From a candidate division FCPU426 bacterium (GTDB lineage Bacteria; Oederibacteriota; Muellerivitia; Muellerivitales; Muellerivitaceae): 64,000 nucleotides of DNA. A model generated the notes under the pieces. That model did no database searches. It worked only from the letters and a program-made list of their open reading frames with translations, and was not told the DNA's origin. The position numbers and the translations under genes are program-made. The stretch lies in NCBI GenBank assembly GCA_963738405.1, contig CAVTWJ010000023.1, forward strand, positions 96,001-160,000, in the 5' to 3' direction. This document shows positions 1 through 9,580 of this stretch, piece after piece (position 1 is the stretch's first letter; each line of letters starts with the position of its first letter).

Positions 1-702
1 AAGCCTGTTCTTGAAGATGCCGAAGCTCGTCACGGCCACTTCGCTTAAGATTCCCACGGTGTTCCACTGCAGACCATCGAAGGCCACAACCTTGCCCTGG
101 GAACTGGTTCCCGCGTAAAGGCGGTTTTTAAAAGTAATTAAGGCGTGAACCCGGTCCTCGCCCGTGGAAAAAGCTTCCCGCCAGGTCTCCCCATCCGAGG
201 TGGCGTAAATGGAGCCGTTCAGGTTGGTACCGGCAAAGAGTGAAGGTTCGGCGCCCGGAGGAGCATAGGTCGTAAGGCAGTAGATTTGGGTTGTGAAATC
301 CCCCGCCCCATCCTCGGCATCGGAAGTGGGTGTAATGAACTTGGTTTGGTTTTGCGTTACGGGAAAGCCCTTGAAGCTGCCGGGAGCCGCGCTGGAGGAT
401 CGAAGAACGCTGTCCCGGTTAGTGGCGGCGTAAAGCGAACCCTTGTATTCGGCTAGGGCGTAAAGGGTGGGAATATCGAACTTCTCAAGAACTCCAAAAA
501 AAGCGGGCGAGGCCGTGGCCAAATGCAGATCAAGTACATTTTTAAGGCGTTCCAGGGCTTCCTTGGCGTTCTTTCCCTGGGCCTGAACCCCAGGCAGGAT
601 GGGGCACCGGGCCAAAACTTGGCCGTTGGCCCGCGTTTCCATTTCCACCGGGAAATCATAGGGAAAGGTTTTTTTCTGGATTTTATCGTCTTTTTTCAGC
701 AC
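1..702 (-). CDS. HicB-like N-terminal domain fused to beta-propeller repeats (partial, runs off left edge)
   Basis: Not in the ORF track; translated by hand. GTG at 700-702 follows an AGGGG SD-like motif. Protein reads MLKKDDKIQKKTFPYDFPVEMETRANGQVLARCPILPGVQAQGKNAKEALERLKNVLDLHL, then repeated blades (YKGSLYAAT, SLFAGTNLNGSIYATSDGETW, FKNRLYAGTSSQGKVVAFDGLQW). Frame stays open to base 1. Confidence 0.75.
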   Translation of the reverse strand, partial: MLKKDDKIQKKTFPYDFPVEMETRANGQVLARCPILPGVQAQGKNAKEALERLKNVLDLHLATASPAFFGVLEKFDIPTLYALAEYKGSLYAATNRDSVLRSSSAAPGSFKGFPVTQNQTKFITPTSDAEDGAGDFTTQIYCLTTYAPPGAEPSLFAGTNLNGSIYATSDGETWREAFSTGEDRVHALITFKNRLYAGTSSQGKVVAFDGLQWNTVGILSEVAVTSFGIFKNRL

Positions 703-813
703 AAAGGCCCCTGAGGAATTGCTGGAAGACTAGCCCGTTATTTTAGTCAAACCAAGGGAGCGAGGACAGCACATACCAAAAAAACAAGAACCGAAGGGAA
801 CACCTATATAATC

Positions 814-986
814 CACCACCAAGACACGAAGACACCATACCGACCTTCTATAGGACATCTAAAGAGGTCGGTATAGTACCGATTCCCATATTGGCTTTTT
901 TATTGAGAATCGGCACAAGAAAACCTGGTGTTATAAACCCAAATCTTTGATTTTGCCTTACTTGGTGTCTTGATGCCTTGGTGGTG
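814..986. repeat. Family A inverted-repeat (REPIN/MITE-like) element
   Basis: Left arm CACCACCAAGACACGAAGACACCA (814-837); right arm TGGTGTCTTGATGCCTTGGTGGTG (963-986); AT-rich spacer; intergenic. Confidence 0.85.
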
Positions 987-1013
987 AAATCGTTTGTTTG
1001 AGGAAGTGGCCTT

Positions 1014-2141
1014 TTGAAAAAGCTAGAAGTCATCGACCTGGTCCGCAGTTTCGCCATCATCAGCGTTCTGGGATACCATCTGGCGGGAGCGAACATCGTC
1101 TCCCTAGCGGGTCTTCCCCTTTGGATTCAATGGTTTTGGTCCAAAATCGCCTATAACGGTTCCCTGGGGGTATCGGCTTTTTTTGTGGTCTCTGGGTTCC
1201 TCATCACCCGCTTGATCGCCCAGGGGGAAGGCGGCCTTGAAAACCCGGGGCTTCGGTATTTCTATTCCCGCCGCATCGGGCGTATTGTTCCCCTCTACCT
1301 GCTTCTTATATTCGTGGGCCTGTTACTCCTCTTCGTTATCCCTGTTCTTAACCCCACCGCTTTTCAGAATTCGATCCAGGTTGGCCGGGGGCCACTTCAA
1401 CCCCTCTTCTGGCTTTCCCTGGCCACCTTTACCGTTAATTGGTATGTGACCTTCTTCTTTAACCATAACCCCGTCGGGGGAGCCTGGGGCATTCTTTGGA
1501 CCATCTGCATCGAGGAACAGTTTTATCTTTTTTATCCCCTTTTGCTCAGGGGCATTAAGAATAAAAAAGACCTAGCGCCTTTTCTTGGCTTTTTCGTTTT
1601 CTTCGGCCTGGTGACCCGGTTCATCAATGTCTGGTTTTATCCGAATGTTATTTCTTATAACTCGTTCCAAAGTTTCGACCAGATCGCCATGGGCTGTCTC
1701 TTGTACCTGGCATCGGAGCGTTGGGGCAAATTATTGGCCGGGAATAAAACCTTTAGCCTCATTCTCATTCTTTTCGGGTTCCTGATTTCCCTACTGGTTT
1801 ATACCCACGTTCCCGAGAGACCCGAATTGCTTTGGGCCATCGGAAACCGCCTTGTCTTTAGCACCGGAATTTTTCTTTTGCTATTGGGAAGTTTGTCCCA
1901 AGATTGGTTTGAAGGCGGCATATTCAAATGGCTTTCCCTGCCAGGGCGCCTCAGTTATGGCATCTACATGCTCCATGTCGTAATTCTTTACCTGGTCTGG
2001 GACTTAATAAGTGGATGGAGTCTCTTGTGGGCCGGGGTAACTTTTGCTGGATTGGCGATAGTCGTGGCTTACGTTTCTTTTCGATTCTTTGAAATGCCGA
2101 TGAATCGCTTCATACGAAAAAATTTAAACCCAACTGTGTGA
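1014..2141 (+). CDS. Acyltransferase family 3 (OafA/YrhL-like) membrane O-acyltransferase
   Basis: Motifs IDLVRSFAI, GVSAFFVVSGFLIT, FYSRRIGRI, LWTICIEEQFY, SYGIYMLH, SFRFFEMP; multi-TM. Confidence 0.9.
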   Translation: MKKLEVIDLVRSFAIISVLGYHLAGANIVSLAGLPLWIQWFWSKIAYNGSLGVSAFFVVSGFLITRLIAQGEGGLENPGLRYFYSRRIGRIVPLYLLLIFVGLLLLFVIPVLNPTAFQNSIQVGRGPLQPLFWLSLATFTVNWYVTFFFNHNPVGGAWGILWTICIEEQFYLFYPLLLRGIKNKKDLAPFLGFFVFFGLVTRFINVWFYPNVISYNSFQSFDQIAMGCLLYLASERWGKLLAGNKTFSLILILFGFLISLLVYTHVPERPELLWAIGNRLVFSTGIFLLLLGSLSQDWFEGGIFKWLSLPGRLSYGIYMLHVVILYLVWDLISGWSLLWAGVTFAGLAIVVAYVSFRFFEMPMNRFIRKNLNPTV

Positions 2142-2148
2142 TAACTCT

Positions 2149-4806
2149 TTATTCCTGAAGCTTCTTTTTCCATTCCACCAGCAGATTCAGGGCTTCACGA
2201 GGCGTGAGGTCGTCGGGATCAATCGACTTGAGTTCTTCCAAAACCGGATGGGCGCCGCCCTGGCCGAAGAACGAAAGCTGGGCCAGGCTCTTTTCAACGG
2301 ATTCCGGCGCGGGGATTTCCCCGGCAAGAGGCGTTACCTCTGGAACCGTTTCAGACCCAGTCTTGTTGGCCCTAAGACCTGTTCCCGACTCAAGAGATGT
2401 AAGAATCTTCTTGGCCCTTTCCACAACCGGTTTGGGCACCCCGGCCAAACGGGCTACCTGGATGCCGTAACTTTTGTCGGCCCCACCTTCCACGATCTTG
2501 TGAAGAAAAAGCACCTGGTCGTTCCATTCGCGTACGGCGATATTGAAATTTCTGACGCTCGGAAAGGTGGCCGCCAGGCGGGTCAATTCGTGGTAATGGG
2601 TCGCGAAAAGGGTGCGGGCTTTGATTTTATTGGCCAGATGTTCCACCACCGCCCAGGCAATTGAAACCCCATCGTAGGTGGAGGTTCCCCGCCCCACTTC
2701 ATCCAAGATTAGAAGGCTCTTTTGGGTAGCGTGGTTGAGGATATTGGCGGTCTCGACCATCTCTACCATAAAGGTACTTTGGCCCTGGGTTAAGGCGTCG
2801 GAAGCCCCCACCCGTGAAAAGATCCGATCCACCACGCCCAGTTTCATTTCCTTGGCGGGCACGAAAAAACCCACCTGGGCCATGAGGGCTAACAAAGCCA
2901 CCTGGCGGATATAGGTGCTTTTGCCAGCCATGTTGGGGCCGGTGAGAACGATAATTTCCACCCCATCGGCGCCCAGCTTGGTGTCGTTGGGCACGAACTG
3001 GTCGGAAGAAAGCAGGCGGTCTAGAACCGGATGGCGGCCATCGGTAATGATCATTTCCCGGGAATCATCCACCTCAGGGCGCACGAAACGGCCACGGTCG
3101 GCTACGGCGGCCATCCCGGCGAAGACATCCAATTCTGCGAGAATTCGCGCGGAACGCTGGAGGCGGGAAAGTTCTTTGGCCACCTCCGCCCGGATGCCGT
3201 CGAAAAGCTCGTACTCAAGCCGATTGGCCTTGTCCTGGGCGCCTAAGACCTTCCCTTCCATTTCTTTGAGTTCGGGAGTGATAAACCTTTCGGCGTTCAC
3301 TAGGGTTTGCTTGCGGTGGTAATCGGCAGGCACCTTGTCCAGGTTGGCTTTGGAGACTTCAATGTAGTAGCCAAAAACTGAGGTGTAGCGCACCTTCAGG
3401 GAGCCGATGCCCGTTCGGGACTTTTCTTTTTCTTCCAGTTGGGCGATCCAGCTTTTCCCCTCAAGGGAGGCGGCCTTTAACTCATCCAGGCGTTCGTCAT
3501 AGCCCTTGCGGATAAGCCCGCCTTCTTTTAAGGCAAGGGGCGGTTCGGGGTCGATGGCCTTATCCAAAAGGCTATGAACCTCAGTAAGGTTATCCCATCC
3601 GTCCCTGCGTTCTTTGACCCATTGGCTCTTGAAGGCTGAAAGGGTACGGTGAATCTGAGGCAAAAGGGCTAGCGTATTTTTAAGGGCCACCATATCCCTG
3701 GCGTTGGCGGTGCCGCAGCCCACTCGGCCTGAAAGGCGCTCCAGATCCGAAACCTGGCGAAATAGTTCCCGAACCGATTCTCTTTCTTCCAGGTGGGCGA
3801 CAAATTCCTCCACCGCGTCCTGACGGCGCTTGATCTCGGAAACGGTGGTGAGGGGGGTGGTCAACCACTGGCGTAAAAGCCGCCCGCCCATGGAGGTTAC
3901 GGTTTCATCCAACACCGAAAGAAGAGTTCCGTCTTTGCCCCCATCCCTCATGTTGCGGAGAATTTCCAAATTCCTTTGGGTAGTGGCGTCTAAAACCATG
4001 CCCTCGCCCACTTGGAAGGTGGTGAGGGAAACGATGTGGGATAAAACACTGTGGGTTGTTTCTTTCAGGTATTGCAGAAGGGCTCCAGCCGCCCGAACAG
4101 CCTGCTCGTCACCCGAGAGCCCAAAACCATCCAGCGTCTTGACCTGAAAATGTTCCAGCAGGGCCTCTTGTGAACTGGCGGAGGAAAACTTCCAATCCTC
4201 GATGTGGGACAACTTGACAGCCTTCAAACCCTGCAAAAGCTGGCGCCATTCGGGGGCCTCGGGCTGATTTTGGGCGGTGAGTATTTCGGAAGGGTTGAAT
4301 TTGAAAATTTCATTGGCGGCCTTGGCGTAACGGGCGGGCCCGTGCAATTCGCAGGTCTTGAATTCGCCGGTACTCACATCCACCACCGCCACCCCTAGGG
4401 AAAGGGGTGCAAAGGCAAGGGAGACCATGTAATTGTTCGACTTCTCATCCAGCATGGAAGCCGAAAGTACGGTGCCGGGCGTGATAACCCGGGATATTTC
4501 TCTTTTCACCAGCCCCTTGGCCAGGGCCGGGTCCTCGGTTTGCTCGCAGATGGCGATTGAAAAACCCTGTTTAACGAGGCGGGAAATATAGTTTTCGGCG
4601 GCATGGTAGGGGATGCCAGCCATGGGAACCTTTTGGCCCTTGCCCCCTTCTCGGGCTGTGAGGGTTAGGTTCAAGACCCTGGCGGCCGTCTTGGCGTCAT
4701 CGAAAAACATCTCGTAAAAATCGCCCAGACGGAAGAAAAGAACTTCCTCTTTATGGACCCTTTTAATGTCCAGGTACTGCCTCATCATGGGCGTGAGGTC
4801 TTCCAT
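2149..4806 (-). CDS. mutS: DNA mismatch repair protein MutS
   Basis: TPMMRQY, FFRLGDFYEMF, Walker A TGPNMAGKST, DEVGRGTST, ATHYHEL, SYGIQVA. Confidence 0.98.
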   Translation of the reverse strand: MEDLTPMMRQYLDIKRVHKEEVLFFRLGDFYEMFFDDAKTAARVLNLTLTAREGGKGQKVPMAGIPYHAAENYISRLVKQGFSIAICEQTEDPALAKGLVKREISRVITPGTVLSASMLDEKSNNYMVSLAFAPLSLGVAVVDVSTGEFKTCELHGPARYAKAANEIFKFNPSEILTAQNQPEAPEWRQLLQGLKAVKLSHIEDWKFSSASSQEALLEHFQVKTLDGFGLSGDEQAVRAAGALLQYLKETTHSVLSHIVSLTTFQVGEGMVLDATTQRNLEILRNMRDGGKDGTLLSVLDETVTSMGGRLLRQWLTTPLTTVSEIKRRQDAVEEFVAHLEERESVRELFRQVSDLERLSGRVGCGTANARDMVALKNTLALLPQIHRTLSAFKSQWVKERRDGWDNLTEVHSLLDKAIDPEPPLALKEGGLIRKGYDERLDELKAASLEGKSWIAQLEEKEKSRTGIGSLKVRYTSVFGYYIEVSKANLDKVPADYHRKQTLVNAERFITPELKEMEGKVLGAQDKANRLEYELFDGIRAEVAKELSRLQRSARILAELDVFAGMAAVADRGRFVRPEVDDSREMIITDGRHPVLDRLLSSDQFVPNDTKLGADGVEIIVLTGPNMAGKSTYIRQVALLALMAQVGFFVPAKEMKLGVVDRIFSRVGASDALTQGQSTFMVEMVETANILNHATQKSLLILDEVGRGTSTYDGVSIAWAVVEHLANKIKARTLFATHYHELTRLAATFPSVRNFNIAVREWNDQVLFLHKIVEGGADKSYGIQVARLAGVPKPVVERAKKILTSLESGTGLRANKTGSETVPEVTPLAGEIPAPESVEKSLAQLSFFGQGGAHPVLEELKSIDPDDLTPREALNLLVEWKKKLQE

Positions 4807-4833
4807 GAAACTCCTTAATAAGCGCTTAAAATC

Positions 4834-5032
4834 TCACCACAGAGACACGGATAATTAAAACGAAACAAAATTTCGCCACGGATACATGGGATTCATGGGA
4901 TTTTAAACCCATAAATGTTTTTTATCTTATCTGTGTGCATCCCATACATCTGTGGCCAATGAATGATTTTGCTGTTCGCCGTTTATTATTAACTTTTAAT
5001 ATTTTCTCTGTTCCATTGTGTCGCCGTGATGA
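4834..5032. repeat. Nested inverted-repeat elements related to family A
   Basis: Outer arms TCACCACAGAGACAC (from 4834) and GTGTCGCCGTGATGA (to 5032). Inner arms GCCACGGATACATGGGATTCATGGGAT (4875-4901) and ATCTGTGTGCATCCCATACATCTGTGGC (4929-4956). Confidence 0.65.
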
Positions 5033-5042
5033 ATTGATTTAC

Positions 5043-6242
5043 TTAATCTTCGACGATGAAAGTTTTAAGCCGTGTTTTTTTCGCGAGGATTTTGGCGACT
5101 TCCTGGGCCGTTTCATGGTCGGGATAATCACCCACCCGAACCTTATAGAGGGGATAGGCCATATCCTCGGTCTTTACCTTTAAAACCTTGGGCTTGTACC
5201 CAGCCTTCTCCAGCGTCTTAAGCGTAAGGGCCATGAATCTCGTTCTACCGTAAACACCTACTTGGATATGAAAAGGTGTGGCCGCGCTGACCCGCTCATC
5301 CGATTGCGCTTCTTCTTCAGTCGTGAAAATCTCGGTTGGGGTCGGATTTTCGGCAACAGTGGTCGTTTCGGTTGAAGAGGGCGTCTGGATGGAAGAAGCT
5401 TCGGTCACGGCCGTGGGTGCCGGGGCGGCCGCGACAGGGGTCAGGGAAGGATTTTGAAGTTCCAGGGCCGCCATTCTTTGCTGGGCATCCTCCGCCTCAA
5501 GAGCGTGGGGGAATTTGTCGATCAAATTGGCGTAGGCCGCATGGGCCTGAACGCCCTTGCCTTCCAATTCATAAACTCGTCCCAAACGGTAGTAAACCAG
5601 GTTCATTTCAGGGAAGAGCGGGTAGCGGTCCATGACCGTCAGATACTGCTTTTCCGCCTTGGGATAGTCGTTCAATTTGACATAGGTGTTTCCCAGGCCT
5701 AACAGCGACTTGGGGGCCCAGGGGCTGTCGGGAGAATCGGAAGTGACCTTTTCAAACTGCTCCGAGGCTTCCTTGTATTTTTCCAAAGAAAAGAGGGAGC
5801 AGGCGTACCAATAGCGGGCCTCGGGGGCGGAGGAGCTGTCGGGGTGGGTCTTGAGAAATTCCTCGTAGGTTTGGGCGGCATCGCCGTACTTGTCCGCCAG
5901 GTAATAGCGGGCGCCCAGGTCCTTCTGGGCTTCCGCCCCCTCGGGTTTATCCGCGTATTCCTTCGACAACTTGGCGAATTCCTGGGTGGAGGCGGAGAAA
6001 TCCTCCTCCATGCGGGCTAAAAGCAGTTTGGCTTGGGGGATCATTTGATCCAGGGGATGCTCTGCCACGAAATGGGTGAGGGCGTCCCGGGCCTGGTCGT
6101 AGTTTTTCTGGTTGAAGTAGCCTTGGGCTTTGGCGAAGAGCGCCTGGGCGTCATCCCCCAGGGATGGGGAGGGGGTGGGCGTTTGAGCCAAGAGGGAATT
6201 CGCGGCGGCCCAAAAACAAAAAATCAAGGTCATGCTTTTCAA
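5043..6242 (-). CDS. Exported TPR (BamD/CpoB-like) protein with C-terminal SPOR domain
   Basis: Signal peptide, TPR repeats (HPDSSSAPEARYW, DSPWAPKSLLGLG), C-terminal FHIQVGVY...YKVRVGDY SPOR motif. Confidence 0.85.
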   Translation of the reverse strand: MKSMTLIFCFWAAANSLLAQTPTPSPSLGDDAQALFAKAQGYFNQKNYDQARDALTHFVAEHPLDQMIPQAKLLLARMEEDFSASTQEFAKLSKEYADKPEGAEAQKDLGARYYLADKYGDAAQTYEEFLKTHPDSSSAPEARYWYACSLFSLEKYKEASEQFEKVTSDSPDSPWAPKSLLGLGNTYVKLNDYPKAEKQYLTVMDRYPLFPEMNLVYYRLGRVYELEGKGVQAHAAYANLIDKFPHALEAEDAQQRMAALELQNPSLTPVAAAPAPTAVTEASSIQTPSSTETTTVAENPTPTEIFTTEEEAQSDERVSAATPFHIQVGVYGRTRFMALTLKTLEKAGYKPKVLKVKTEDMAYPLYKVRVGDYPDHETAQEVAKILAKKTRLKTFIVED

Positions 6243-7597
6243 ATCTTTTCCTCCAAAACCAATTGGCCGTAAAGGCTGGCGATTTTACTTTTTTCAACAA
6301 GAACCTTCACCTTATCCCCTGCGCTGAAGCCCTTGGCGGGAAAAACCACCGTTCGGTTCTGGCGGGTCTTGCCGTAAAAGGCATCGGGTGTTTTATCCGC
6401 CTCGCCCTCTACCAAAACCTCCTCGACCTGTCCTATGCGGGCGGCGTGCCTTTCGGCGGCGTGCTTCCAGGCTTTTTCATTAAGGCGGACCAAGCGCTCG
6501 TCTTTTACTTCCTCGGGAACCTGGTTCAACATACGGGCCGCGGGCGTGCCCAGACGGGGGGAATATTTGAAGCTATAGACCAGGTCGTAACGGACCTGGT
6601 CCAAAAGTCTCAGGGTGCCCTGAAAATCCTCTTCCGTCTCGCCTGGGAAACCCACGATCAGGTCGGTCGTGAAGGCAAGGTTTGGGATAGCCTTGCGGAG
6701 GGCTTCTACCCTTTCCAAATAATGGGCCGTGGAATATTTACGGTTCATGCGTTTCAAGACGGCGTCTGATCCGCACTGCACCGGCAGGTGGATCATTTCA
6801 CACACCGCCGGGGTTTCAGCCATGGCTCGCACCAGATCGTCCGAAAGATCCAGGGGATGGGATGTCATGAAGCGGATACGCTCGATCCCCTCAATTTTTC
6901 CCGCCTGGCGCAAAAGATCAGGGAAGGTCATGGGACCATGACCACGAAAGGCCAATCCGTAAGAGTTCACGTTTTGGCCCAACAGCATCACTTCTTTGAC
7001 GCCTGCCTTGGCGAGGCGGGTCACTTCAGCCAGAATCTCTTCGGGAGCGCGGGAAACCTCACGTCCCCTCGTAAAGGGCACAACGCAGAAGGTGCAGAAT
7101 TTGTCGCAACCCTTCATGATTTCCACAAAGGCCTTATGGGGTGAGGAAAGGCGATCAGGGTCGTTTTCGGGAAAATAAACGGGGTCGAAGTCGGCCAACA
7201 CTTGCGGACCCGCCCCCTGGGATGCCCGAGAAATCGCCCCTGCGGCCTTGGGGTATTGGTCCGGCCCCAGAACCAAATCCACCTGGGGGGCCCGGTCGAT
7301 GATCTTTTCCTTGTGGCTGGTGGCCATGCACCCCAGAACCCCTAGCACTCTCCCCTGTTTTTCGTTCTTCCAGTCGGTCAATTCGCCCAGGCGGGAAAAG
7401 ATCTTGTCCTCGGCGTGCTGGCGGATGGAGCAGGTGTTAAAGAGGATGACATCCGCGTCGGCGGAAACACCCGTAATGGAATAGCCTTCCTTAATCAGAA
7501 GGCTGGTGACATGGTCCGATTCCACCACGTTGGACTGGCATCCCAGGGTCTCAAGATAGACTTTTTTTGAGGTTTTTTCCGTCAGAAGGCTTTCCAT
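6239..7597 (-). CDS. miaB: tRNA-2-methylthio-N6-dimethylallyladenosine synthase
   Basis: TLGCQSN, NTCSIRQHAE, radical SAM motif GCDKFCTFCVVPFTRG, C-terminal TRAM domain. Confidence 0.95.
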   Translation of the reverse strand: MESLLTEKTSKKVYLETLGCQSNVVESDHVTSLLIKEGYSITGVSADADVILFNTCSIRQHAEDKIFSRLGELTDWKNEKQGRVLGVLGCMATSHKEKIIDRAPQVDLVLGPDQYPKAAGAISRASQGAGPQVLADFDPVYFPENDPDRLSSPHKAFVEIMKGCDKFCTFCVVPFTRGREVSRAPEEILAEVTRLAKAGVKEVMLLGQNVNSYGLAFRGHGPMTFPDLLRQAGKIEGIERIRFMTSHPLDLSDDLVRAMAETPAVCEMIHLPVQCGSDAVLKRMNRKYSTAHYLERVEALRKAIPNLAFTTDLIVGFPGETEEDFQGTLRLLDQVRYDLVYSFKYSPRLGTPAARMLNQVPEEVKDERLVRLNEKAWKHAAERHAARIGQVEEVLVEGEADKTPDAFYGKTRQNRTVVFPAKGFSAGDKVKVLVEKSKIASLYGQLVLEEKI

Positions 7598-7689
7598 GGT
7601 TTCCTTAGGATTTTTTCAGGCCGTTTATCAAAAAGGGGCCTTAAGGGAACCCGATTGTAAAGGCTTTAGGGGGCTGTAGCAACCGGGGG

Positions 7690-7974
7690 TTAATGAACGG
7701 GGTGAAGGTATTGGTAGACCATCCAAAGAACCAGAAAAAGAATCACAACCCGTAAAATCCAGCGGGTCCGGGCCACTCCCGAGGGAACGCCCTTTTGACT
7801 TTTCGGCGGGGTCAAATACTGCTTATATAAATCGCCCCCCGTAAAGGCCTTCCCTTCCTCGTCATAAATCAGGGGCAGGCTGGCCCCACAGGCCCCGCAG
7901 ATGCGGTTTTCAGGGATGTTCATTACCCCGCAACGCAGGCACTTGACGTCGAGATTTTTAAGATGGGGTTCCAT
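7690..7974 (-). CDS. Zinc-ribbon protein with C-terminal TM helix
   Basis: CLRCG...CGACG; hydrophobic C-terminus. Confidence 0.7.
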   Translation of the reverse strand: MEPHLKNLDVKCLRCGVMNIPENRICGACGASLPLIYDEEGKAFTGGDLYKQYLTPPKSQKGVPSGVARTRWILRVVILFLVLWMVYQYLHPVH

Positions 7975-8014
7975 TTTTTCCTAATTCCAGAATACCGGCT
8001 ATCGATTCATTTTT

Positions 8015-8042
8015 TGTCCACGATGGGTCCCCGTCGTGGACA
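8015..8042. repeat. Family B 28-bp palindromic cassette-boundary site
   Basis: TGTCCACGATG GGTCCC CGTCGTGGACA, identical to the copy at 58552. Confidence 0.95.
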
Positions 8043-8050
8043 GGTAATTT

Positions 8051-8782
8051 TTAAGTAGTTTCAATTCTAGTTATATTAACGAAAACCACTTTATCATTTT
8101 TAAAATTCAGAGTTATTGTCGCTGTGATGTCGTAAAACGGCTCTTTTCCGCCTTCCCATTTCTTCAGCGATTGATAGTTTCTTTGACCGGGCAAAACCTT
8201 AACTTGGGAATGGTAATAATATGTCCATTCGTCGTTCCGAAAATCTTTTTTGTCCCATTTTATTTCCTTAATCGCATCTCTTTTTGTGCCCGGTTCCGGG
8301 CTATATAAAAAACCATTTGGGTTACCAAATTTTTTTAAAATCCATTCTTTCGTAACGCCGATTCTTAACCCGCCCGCGGTTGAAATATCTTCATTCTTTT
8401 TATCGATGAGAAAATATTTTCTTGCATTTTCACCCTTGTTATCGAAGGGATACATACGCACAAGAGTAATAATTCGCCCCCCTCCGATTTCGCCCGAAAC
8501 AAATTCGATTGCTTGAGGATTTACCGGGTCATTGTTTCGGTAACAGATTTTATTTTCAAAACCTGACGCATCACCCGATTGAATGTTTTCTGCCTTGCCT
8601 AATCTATTAAGAACATCTAAAAGGCTTGTTTCATTTAAGAAAACATTAATTCCAATGATTATCTTTGTGCCTTTATCCATGTCGGCTTTTGACGTCGAAG
8701 ACGCAAATGCAGCACTAAATACACATAAGCCACAAATAAAAAAAGCGCGTAACGAAAAACTTAATATTTTGTCATTTGGCAT
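8051..8782 (-). CDS. AT-rich hypothetical exported protein (cassette cargo)
   Basis: ORF track gives 8051..8806; ATG at 8782 (MPNDK) follows GAGGGGG. Signal-peptide-like N-terminus. Bracketed by family B sites. Confidence 0.75.
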   Translation of the reverse strand: MPNDKILSFSLRAFFICGLCVFSAAFASSTSKADMDKGTKIIIGINVFLNETSLLDVLNRLGKAENIQSGDASGFENKICYRNNDPVNPQAIEFVSGEIGGGRIITLVRMYPFDNKGENARKYFLIDKKNEDISTAGGLRIGVTKEWILKKFGNPNGFLYSPEPGTKRDAIKEIKWDKKDFRNDEWTYYYHSQVKVLPGQRNYQSLKKWEGGKEPFYDITATITLNFKNDKVVFVNITRIETT

Positions 8783-8816
8783 CAGTCGTCCCCCTCGCAA
8801 ATACACTTTGAAACAT

Positions 8817-8881
8817 TGTCCAATACGGGTCCCCGCCCTGCAGCATGCGCTTGCGCTTAGCTACAGGGCCCGTCGCGGACA
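8817..8881. repeat. Family B site interrupted by a 37-nt hairpin insert
   Basis: TGTCCAATACG GGTCCC [insert 8834-8870] CGTCGCGGACA. Confidence 0.8.
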
Positions 8882-8892
8882 ATCTTAACCGC

Positions 8893-9245
8893 TTATTCAC
8901 GTACCCTTACCCGTCCTCTTTCAATAATCCACAACCTTTTATCCACCTGTTCTTTGGACAACAGATCCAATACCGGGCGGAAAAGTTCAACCATGGTGGG
9001 TTTGTCCTGGCGGTCCGAACGGATCACCATGATTCCAGGATATTTTTCCGGTGGGTAAGCCCGGATATCCGAAAAATCAAGGTCTGAGGTAATGAAGGCG
9101 CGGTTTTCGGCTAAGCAAACAACGGCTAAATTCGTATCAGGATGGCCGGTTAAATCTTGGTCTTTGACCGTAAGGGCGTCATGACCGGCTTGGATTAAAA
9201 GGTGTTTGATTTCGGAAGGCAGGTTTTCGTCGATTTTGAACTTCA

Positions 9246-9246
<1 letters not shown>
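8893..9246 (-). CDS. DUF5615 family PIN-like toxin
   Basis: MKFKIDENLP...GHDALTV...ENRAFITSDLDFSD; coupled to the DUF433 gene. Confidence 0.9.
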
Positions 9247-9491
<245 letters not shown>

Positions 9492-9580
9492 TCACAGTTC
9501 ATTATAGCCCATTCCATAAACCATGCTCATTATCGGAATCCAGCTAAAGCAAAACAATGAGACACTACCTAAAAGCGGGC

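Noticed and set aside
848..1096. ORFs 848..1096, 4935..5183 and 44422..44622
   Set aside because: They translate repeat arms or the antisense of real genes and have no recognisable protein features.
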